This document shows, piece after piece, positions 57,251-64,000 of a DNA stretch of 64,000 bases (positions within the stretch are counted from its first letter, which is position 1; every line of letters starts with the position of its first letter). The stretch is from positions 808,690-872,689 of the forward strand of contig OY969472.1 of assembly GCA_963700155.1 (NCBI GenBank), given 5' to 3'. The position numbers were made by a program, and so were the translations under genes. The DNA is from an uncultured bacterium. GTDB taxonomy: Bacteria; Patescibacteriota; Dojkabacteria; J137. The notes beneath the pieces are model-generated. The model worked only from the letters and a program-made list of their open reading frames with translations, had not been told where the DNA came from and did no database searches.

Positions 57251-58417
57251 ATGAAAACAAGAAAAGATATTAAAACAAAACATGGAGATATTCAACTTCC
57301 GGCATTTATGCCTGATGCGACTTATGGCTCAATAAAAGCTATAAGTTTCGAGGATGCTAAAAAAGCTGGAGTTCAAGAGATTGTTACTACTACTCTTCAT
57401 ATAGAACAAAAGATTGGTAGTCAATATATAAAAGATTTTGGAGGAATTCATAAATTCTTTAGCTGGGATAGACCTATTCTTACTGATAGTGGTGGATGGC
57501 AGGTTTTTTCTTTGATAAACTCTAAAAATTCTAGTAGTAGTAAGAAAAAACCTGCCAACAAATCCAACCATTCTAAAAATAAAATTTCGGAATTAGGCTG
57601 CAGTTTTGTAGATCCAAATACAGGAAACCAATCTCTTTTAACGCCTGAATCATCTCAAGTTATTCAATATAATTTGGGAGCTGATATTGTTACAGCTTTA
57701 GATGATCCAATTTTAGGAGATGCAAGTTATAAAGAACGGAAAGAATGTGTAAAAATTAATACTAAATGGGCAAAGAGGTCTAAACAGAAATTTCTAGAAC
57801 TGAGGACTAAAAAGGAATTAGAAGCTGATGATAGAACTTTAATAGGATGTGTGATTCAAGGTGGAAATGACTATGAACTTAGAAAACAAAGTGCTGCAGA
57901 ATTAATAGACCTAGATTATGATATTTATAATTTCGGAGGTTTACCTTTGCATACTCCAGAAACATGGAAAACAGAAAATCCTGAAGGATTTTTTCATGAG
58001 ATGCTTCAATACGTTTCAGAATTAATACCAGAAACCAAACTAAAATATGCTATGGGTGTTGGTCAGCCAGAAGATATAGCGTACTGTGTAGATATAGGCT
58101 GGGATCTTTTTGATACTGTACTTCCTACTAGAAATGCTAGGCACGGCTTACTTTATGTTTCTGAAAATCAAGGTGAACTAACTAAAGGTTACAAAAACTT
58201 AAAGTATGATGTAATTCACTTAAAAAGTGAAAAATACAAGTTAGATGAAAAACCTTTGGATGAAAACTGCTCCTGCGAAGCATGTCGGACTGTAAGCCGT
58301 GCCTATCTAAGACATTTATTAAGAATTCAAGAACCTTCAGGTTTAAGATTAGCAACAATTCATAATCTTCAATTTTATTCAGAGTGGATGAAAAAAATTA
58401 GGAACAATACAAAATAG
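57251..58417 (+). CDS. tgt: tRNA-guanine transglycosylase
   Basis: PAFMP, TDSGGWQVFSL, MGVG, FDTVLPTRNARHG, CSCEAC..HNL zinc site; ATG at 57251. Confidence 0.93.
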   Translation: MKTRKDIKTKHGDIQLPAFMPDATYGSIKAISFEDAKKAGVQEIVTTTLHIEQKIGSQYIKDFGGIHKFFSWDRPILTDSGGWQVFSLINSKNSSSSKKKPANKSNHSKNKISELGCSFVDPNTGNQSLLTPESSQVIQYNLGADIVTALDDPILGDASYKERKECVKINTKWAKRSKQKFLELRTKKELEADDRTLIGCVIQGGNDYELRKQSAAELIDLDYDIYNFGGLPLHTPETWKTENPEGFFHEMLQYVSELIPETKLKYAMGVGQPEDIAYCVDIGWDLFDTVLPTRNARHGLLYVSENQGELTKGYKNLKYDVIHLKSEKYKLDEKPLDENCSCEACRTVSRAYLRHLLRIQEPSGLRLATIHNLQFYSEWMKKIRNNTK

Positions 58418-58503
58418 TTTCTATTATAGATTTGCAAATTTGCTTTTAAATTTTATTACCATTAATATATTATCGCAGGATATTAAATTTTAATTTTGTT
58501 TGT

Positions 58504-60060
58504 TTGGCTGAGGAAATTAATAGACCAAAACCAGTAGTTTTAGCAGTTATGGATGGTGTAGGTGTTGCTCCCCCTAGCGATGGAAATGCAGTGACACTTT
58601 CCGATACTGAAAATTTAGATAGATTATGGCCTTTATATCCACATACGTATTTAGAAGCTTCTGGACTCAATGTAGGTCTTCCACCAGGAACAGATGGAAA
58701 TAGTGAAGTTGGACATATGGCCTTAGGAGCAGGAAAAGTAATTTTTCAAAACTTACCTAGAATTGATAATGCTATAACAAGCGGATCATTCTTCCAAAAT
58801 GAGGTTATTAAAGCTGCTTTTGAACATGCTAAGAAATATAAGAGTAATCTTCATTTAATTGGACTAGTAGGAAGTGGTTTAGTGCATTCATCTCTTCAAC
58901 ACCTCTTTGCATTAATAGAATTTGCAGCTTTAGAAAAAATGCAGTCTGATAAAGTTTTTGTACATGCGTTTACCGATGGAAGAGATTCACCACCTGATAA
59001 AGGAATAGATATTTTAGGACAGATTGAAGCAGTATGTTTGCAAAAACATATTGGAAGGTTAGCTACAATTATTGGAAGAGCTTATGCAATGGATAGAAAC
59101 CGAAATTGGCAAAAGACAAAAATAGCCTATGATTTATTAACTGAATCGAAAGGATTGGTAGTTCAGGATTGGAAAAAAGCTATGCAGGAGTCGTATAAGA
59201 AAAATGTAATGGATGAATATATTGATCCCATAGCCATAACTCTTGAAGATGGTAATCCTGTGAAGATTCGGGAAAATGATGCAGTGATTTTCTATAACTT
59301 TAGACCTGATAGAGCTGTACAACTTACAATGGCTTTTGAAGATGATAACTTTAAAGGTTTTGAAAGGGAAGAAATTAAAAATTTATATTTTGTTGGAATG
59401 ACTGATTATGAAGAAGGCTTTCCTAAAAATAAAGCTTTCCCTCCTGAGAAAGTACTAAATCCAATGGGAAAGGTTTTATCAGATCATAAATTAAAACAAT
59501 TAAGAATAGCTGAATCTGAAAAATTCCCTCATGTTACATACTTTTTTAATGGAGCAAATAAAGAAATTTATCCATTAGAAACTTGGCTTGAAATACCATC
59601 ACCAAAGGATGTTTCAACTTATGATCAGAAACCTGAGATGAGTATGAAGTGGGTTACTGATGTTTTATTAGACAAGATAAATTCTGATGAATATGATTTT
59701 TGCCTTGTGAATTATGCTGGTCCTGATATGGTCGCACACACAGGTAACTTGCAAGCATCAATCAAAGCTATGGAAGTGTGCGACCAATGTATTGGCAGAT
59801 TAGTTGATGCCGTTTTAGCTAAGAATGGTGTTTTGTTTATCACTGCTGACCATGGAAATTGTGAAGAGTTAGTAGATCTTAATACTGGTAATGAGGATAC
59901 AAAACACTCTACTAACCAAGTCCCTTTTATTGTTATCGGAAATGGTTTAGCTGGCAGGGAATTGACTGTTGGAGGATTAACTGATGTTGCCCCAACAATT
60001 TTAAAAATGATGGGTATTGAAACTCCAGCTGAAATGACAGGAAGAGATCTTTTAGCTTAA
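58504..60060 (+). CDS. gpmI: 2,3-bisphosphoglycerate-independent phosphoglycerate mutase
   Basis: GNSEVGH, DGRD, NFRPDR, DMVAHTG, TADHGN; TTG start. Confidence 0.97.
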   Translation: MAEEINRPKPVVLAVMDGVGVAPPSDGNAVTLSDTENLDRLWPLYPHTYLEASGLNVGLPPGTDGNSEVGHMALGAGKVIFQNLPRIDNAITSGSFFQNEVIKAAFEHAKKYKSNLHLIGLVGSGLVHSSLQHLFALIEFAALEKMQSDKVFVHAFTDGRDSPPDKGIDILGQIEAVCLQKHIGRLATIIGRAYAMDRNRNWQKTKIAYDLLTESKGLVVQDWKKAMQESYKKNVMDEYIDPIAITLEDGNPVKIRENDAVIFYNFRPDRAVQLTMAFEDDNFKGFEREEIKNLYFVGMTDYEEGFPKNKAFPPEKVLNPMGKVLSDHKLKQLRIAESEKFPHVTYFFNGANKEIYPLETWLEIPSPKDVSTYDQKPEMSMKWVTDVLLDKINSDEYDFCLVNYAGPDMVAHTGNLQASIKAMEVCDQCIGRLVDAVLAKNGVLFITADHGNCEELVDLNTGNEDTKHSTNQVPFIVIGNGLAGRELTVGGLTDVAPTILKMMGIETPAEMTGRDLLA

Positions 60061-60062
60061 TT

Positions 60063-60548
60063 TTAACCTTCTACTTGGCTTCCTCTTATAACATAAGATT
60101 CTTCTATTATTTTCATTAATTCACTTATTTTTATTTCTATTTTGATATCATCATTTATATTTAGTAACTCATTTAATAAAGAATAAAATAATCCAGCAAA
60201 AGAATTAGCTCTATTATTTAACAATTCTTTCATGTTTGCTAATACAGTATCTATATTACCTTCTTCATACAAATCCCTTAAACAAAATTGGATAAATTTC
60301 TTAACTTCGACATCATTTTTTAGGTGTGAGTAAAATTTATAATCAGGTTTACCATTATTAATTTCTCCATTCTTCGGGGCTAATTCTTCTTTCTCATAAG
60401 CTGTATTTTGTAATACTAAATTTAAATTGAATCTTGAAAGACCTTCACTATCAGCACTTGATATTAATTCATTGAAGTTTACTTTTAATGTATTATAATC
60501 CAGACTTCTTATATCGATTTCTGCTGGTATTCGCTTTGTTTTATCCAT
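60063..60548 (-). CDS. hypothetical protein
   Basis: 161-aa ORF after pyrG. Confidence 0.65.
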   Translation of the reverse strand: MDKTKRIPAEIDIRSLDYNTLKVNFNELISSADSEGLSRFNLNLVLQNTAYEKEELAPKNGEINNGKPDYKFYSHLKNDVEVKKFIQFCLRDLYEEGNIDTVLANMKELLNNRANSFAGLFYSLLNELLNINDDIKIEIKISELMKIIEESYVIRGSQVEG

Positions 60549-60565
60549 TTATATATTATTAATAA

Positions 60566-62242
60566 TTATAATTTTCCTTTTTTCTTTTTTTCACTTGCTT
60601 TAACAAATTCTAAAAAGAAAGGATGAGGTGTCATTGGTGTTGATTTGTACTCAGGATGTGCTTGAGTTGCAATAAAAAACGGATGTAATTTCTTTGGAAG
60701 CTCTATCATTTCAACAAAGAAATCATCAGGTGAAACTCCACTAAAAACTAACCCTTTTTCACTCAAAGGTTTTCTAAATTCATTATTAAACTCATATCTA
60801 TGTCTATGTCTTTCTGAGACTACAATATCCCCACTCTTTAAAGATTTCCCATATCCATACTTTTTATAAATATCATAAATTCTTGTACCTTTTTTAACTA
60901 CACAGTCATAAGCTCCAAGTCTCATAGATGTTCCCTTACCTTTAATTGTTTGATATTTTGGATCGAATGGAATTGTATGAATTATTTTATATTTAGTATT
61001 TGGATCAACTTCTTCAGAATTTGCACCTTTTAGATTTGCAACATCTCTTGCAAATTCAACACAAGCTAATTGCATACCAAAACAAAGACCAAGATAAGGA
61101 ATATTATTTTCTCTAGCGTATTTAACAGCAGCAATTTTACCTTCTACTCCCCTGCTTCCCCAACCAATTGGAACTATTATTCCATCAGCTTTATTCAAAT
61201 ATTTTTCTGCTCCGTGTTTCTCAATTTCTTCTGTATTAACAAATATGAAATCTACTCCAATCCCAGTCCCCCAGCTTGCATGTTTTAATGCGTGCAATAA
61301 TGAATTATATGCATCGGGTAAGCTGAAACTTCCTGTTGCAAAATACTTTCCTGCAATAGCAATTTTTACTCTATTATTTCGCTTTGTTGTTACTACATCA
61401 ACGAGATCTTTCCATTTTCCTAATTTTAATGTTCGCACAGGAAGTTTCAGCTGTTTAAGAATCTTCTTATCAAAATCTTGTTTAGCAAATTTCATAGGAA
61501 GTTCATAAATACTTTTTATATTTGCATTCATAATAATGTTGTCCTTTGGAATGTTACATTGAATGGCTACTTTATCTTTTCTTAATGTATCAATTGCTTT
61601 ATTTGATCTAAGAACAAGAAAATCAGGTTGAATACCCGACATATTTAAGAATCTTATTGAAAGTTGAGTAGGTTTAGTTTTTGGTTCACCTAAATGGCTT
61701 GGAACAGGAATATATGTAACATGCACATGCGCTACATTCTCAGGGTCTAACAGTTTCATCATCCTAGCAGCCTCGTAGTTGTAAATATTTTGTAGTTCTC
61801 CTGCTGTTCCTCCTAACTCAACCATACAAATTTCATATCCTTTTGCAGCTTCTTTTATTCTATCAATTATTTCGTTTGGAATTACAGGTATAGCATCTAC
61901 AGTTTTACCATTAAACCCCATTGATCTTTCTTTATCAATAATAGTCCTGTAAACTTGTCCCATTGTTATAAAATTTTTAAAACCAACTTCGAGTCCGAGG
62001 AATCTTTCATATGTACCTAAATCCATATCAGCTTCAAGTCCATCATCACATAAAAAGGGATCACCATGTTCAATTGGGTTAATTGTTCCCGAATCTACAT
62101 TTAAATAAGTCTCACATTTTATAGCTGTTACCTTATAACCATGAGATTGCAGTAATCTACCAAGTGCAGCAGAAGTAACTCCTTTACCGATTCCTGAGAT
62201 AACACCACCTGATATAAAAATATATTTTGTAGGCTTTGCCAT
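60566..62242 (-). CDS. pyrG: CTP synthase
   Basis: GGVISGIGKG, KTKPTQ, GLCFGMQ, RHRHRYE, HPEY. Confidence 0.98.
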   Translation of the reverse strand: MAKPTKYIFISGGVISGIGKGVTSAALGRLLQSHGYKVTAIKCETYLNVDSGTINPIEHGDPFLCDDGLEADMDLGTYERFLGLEVGFKNFITMGQVYRTIIDKERSMGFNGKTVDAIPVIPNEIIDRIKEAAKGYEICMVELGGTAGELQNIYNYEAARMMKLLDPENVAHVHVTYIPVPSHLGEPKTKPTQLSIRFLNMSGIQPDFLVLRSNKAIDTLRKDKVAIQCNIPKDNIIMNANIKSIYELPMKFAKQDFDKKILKQLKLPVRTLKLGKWKDLVDVVTTKRNNRVKIAIAGKYFATGSFSLPDAYNSLLHALKHASWGTGIGVDFIFVNTEEIEKHGAEKYLNKADGIIVPIGWGSRGVEGKIAAVKYARENNIPYLGLCFGMQLACVEFARDVANLKGANSEEVDPNTKYKIIHTIPFDPKYQTIKGKGTSMRLGAYDCVVKKGTRIYDIYKKYGYGKSLKSGDIVVSERHRHRYEFNNEFRKPLSEKGLVFSGVSPDDFFVEMIELPKKLHPFFIATQAHPEYKSTPMTPHPFFLEFVKASEKKKKGKL

Positions 62243-62396
62243 GTTTTAGGGGATAAAATTTAAAAAGAAATAATTTCTTAGGAATAATCTGAATTTACTC
62301 AAATATACTTCAACCATTTATAAATTTGTTAATTTTCGAAGACTCAAACGACCAAATGATAGCAAATTTTTTATGAAAGATATAAAAATTTGTATA

Positions 62397-63155
62397 TTAT
62401 TTTTTTCTTGCTAACCAGAAGCGGTTTCTACCGTTATAATCTATTTTGACTTCAATAAACCAATTATCTGAAAATTCAGAGGCTGTTTTTTTATTATGTA
62501 TATCGTCAACCTCCATAATAATAATTCCCTTCTTTTCCAAATATTTATCGGCACTATTTAGAAGTTTTCTTATCTGTTCTAATCCATCATTCCCACCGTC
62601 CAAAGCACTGATTGGTTCAAACTCTCTAACTGAAATTGGAAGATTTGGAATTCTTGCAGTTGGGATATATGGAAGGTTAGCAAAAATAATATCGAATTTC
62701 TCCTTAGGATAAAATCTGAAAAGATCTGATTTTACAGTCCTTATCGGTAATTTTGTTCCGTAAATTTTACAATATTCTTCTAAATTCTTTTTAGCTACTT
62801 TAAGGGCGCCATCGGAAATATCACTTAGAATACCTTGGTAACTTATATTTCTTTTCTGTAACTCTATTGCAAAACTCAATCCGATGGCGCCCGATCCTGT
62901 CCCTACGTCACAAAATTTCACACTTCTTAATTTTGAATCACAAACAAATTTTAACCCAATTTCAATTAGAAACTCTGTCTCTACTCTTGGGATTAATGTA
63001 TTTTTTGTAAGATAAAACTCGTTTTCAAAGAATTCCCCGATTTTAGTAACATATTCTATAGGAATATTCCTGTCGATTTTTGCAGCTATTTTTACCGGAT
63101 CGAATCCATATTTTATTAATAAATTTGTCTCGTAAGGAGTTAACTTTCTATTCAT
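62397..63155 (-). CDS. prmC: release factor glutamine methyltransferase (HemK)
   Basis: LIPRVETE, DVGTGSGAI, ANLPYI, EP..ALDGG.DGL. Confidence 0.93.
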   Translation of the reverse strand: MNRKLTPYETNLLIKYGFDPVKIAAKIDRNIPIEYVTKIGEFFENEFYLTKNTLIPRVETEFLIEIGLKFVCDSKLRSVKFCDVGTGSGAIGLSFAIELQKRNISYQGILSDISDGALKVAKKNLEEYCKIYGTKLPIRTVKSDLFRFYPKEKFDIIFANLPYIPTARIPNLPISVREFEPISALDGGNDGLEQIRKLLNSADKYLEKKGIIIMEVDDIHNKKTASEFSDNWFIEVKIDYNGRNRFWLARKK

Positions 63156-63167
63156 CTTATGATGTAT

Positions 63168-63575
63168 TTAGTTTCTAAAGAATTGTCTTTGGGGTTTTTT
63201 CTTTTTATCACCTTCATCTTTCATTTCTTTTAGAATATTTACGATTTTTAATTTTCTTCCGTTTCTTTTTACTTCTTCTTGTGCTGATTCCAAAAGTTCA
63301 ATTCGGATCAATTCTTTTAGTAACTCCATCCTTTCTTTTGTCCCTTGTATCTTTTCTGTTAGATTTCTAATATTTTCATTTTCCTTTATTTTTTCTCTTA
63401 ATTCTTTAACTCTTTTCGTTAATTTTTCGAGTTCTTCAGTTTCTTCCATCTGAACTTTTAAATCTTTAAGATCGTTTCTTAAAGTTCTTGTAGCGTCCTT
63501 TAATTTGAAATATTCTTCAACTTTATCAAGATTCTCATCTGTTAAAAGTTTTGCTTTATCTTCTTCATTACTCAT
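63168..63575 (-). CDS. coiled-coil hypothetical protein
   Basis: K/E/L-rich heptads; ATG at 63575 preferred. Confidence 0.75.
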   Translation of the reverse strand: MSNEEDKAKLLTDENLDKVEEYFKLKDATRTLRNDLKDLKVQMEETEELEKLTKRVKELREKIKENENIRNLTEKIQGTKERMELLKELIRIELLESAQEEVKRNGRKLKIVNILKEMKDEGDKKKKPQRQFFRN

Positions 63576-63727
63576 AAACATTAAATTAAAAAATATTGTA
63601 CTTTTCAAGAAAATTTTAACTTGGTAGTGATTGATATGATACAAGAAAGTCGGATTATAAACAATTTGTATTTTGTATTTTTCTAAGGTAAGCTTTTAAT
63701 GAATTGGATTTATTAATGTAAATATCT

Positions 63728-64000
63728 ATGCTGATTTTAAATCTCAAAACTTTTAATGAAAGTACAGGAGAAAATCTTGAAAATTTAATCGCTGAAATAA
63801 GAGAGTTTTCATCTGAGAGTAACTTATATATTTCTCCTGAAATGATAGAACTGATGAGTATCAAAAAAACTTTCCCAAATTTTCAGATAATATCGCAAAA
63901 TGTTGATCAATCTGTTCAAGGAGAATCCACGGGATGGACCCCAGCAGAAAGTTTGATTGAAAATGGAATTGAGTTTTCTTTATATAATCATAGTGAACAC
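63728..64000 (+). CDS. tpiA: triosephosphate isomerase, archaeal-type, partial
   Basis: hand translation MLILNLKTFNESTGEN...SQNVD....GESTGW...YNHSEH runs off the edge; not in the ORF track. Confidence 0.9.
   Translation, partial: MLILNLKTFNESTGENLENLIAEIREFSSESNLYISPEMIELMSIKKTFPNFQIISQNVDQSVQGESTGWTPAESLIENGIEFSLYNHSEH

Noticed and set aside
1749-63864. Many 60-125 aa ORFs antisense to or nested in long genes (e.g. 9803-10156, 35786-36163, 39173-39520, 63655-63864)
   Set aside because: Shadow frames of well-supported genes, with no motifs; 63655-63864 is antisense to tpiA

Overview
AT-rich (about 30% GC by eye), gene-dense bacterial chromosome segment in the standard genetic code. The gene repertoire points to a Patescibacteria/CPR organism, probably Dojkabacteria/Microgenomates-like (inference): short AlaRS, tandem-domain ThyX, class II RNR with nrdR, ATP-dependent DNA ligase, archaeal-type TIM, VirB2-like pilin, VirB6-like protein and mostly Shine-Dalgarno-less starts. 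It carries housekeeping genes (alaS, uvrC, mraY, nrdJ, nrdR, thyX, ung, tgt, gpmI, pyrG, prmC, partial tpiA, tRNA-Ser(GCT)) interspersed with ORFans. No CRISPR array, rRNA, transposase, integrase or reverse transcriptase is visible. Most interesting: (1) a 16.7-kb pair of convergent operons (8034-24714) that looks like a host-contact/T4SS-like surface apparatus with effector-like giant proteins; (2) a P-type ATPase whose ion-binding PEGL motif is replaced by PQTL and which is translationally coupled to a DedA gene, a candidate lipid-handling system; (3) a split gene whose junction resembles the prfB +1 frameshift signal; (4) a motif-less half-TsaD protein; (5) a Tgt with an archaeal-like pocket; (6) readable operators (three NrdR boxes, a CIRCE variant, a nested palindrome before an RHH gene). 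All family calls are by eye from motifs; no searches were run.
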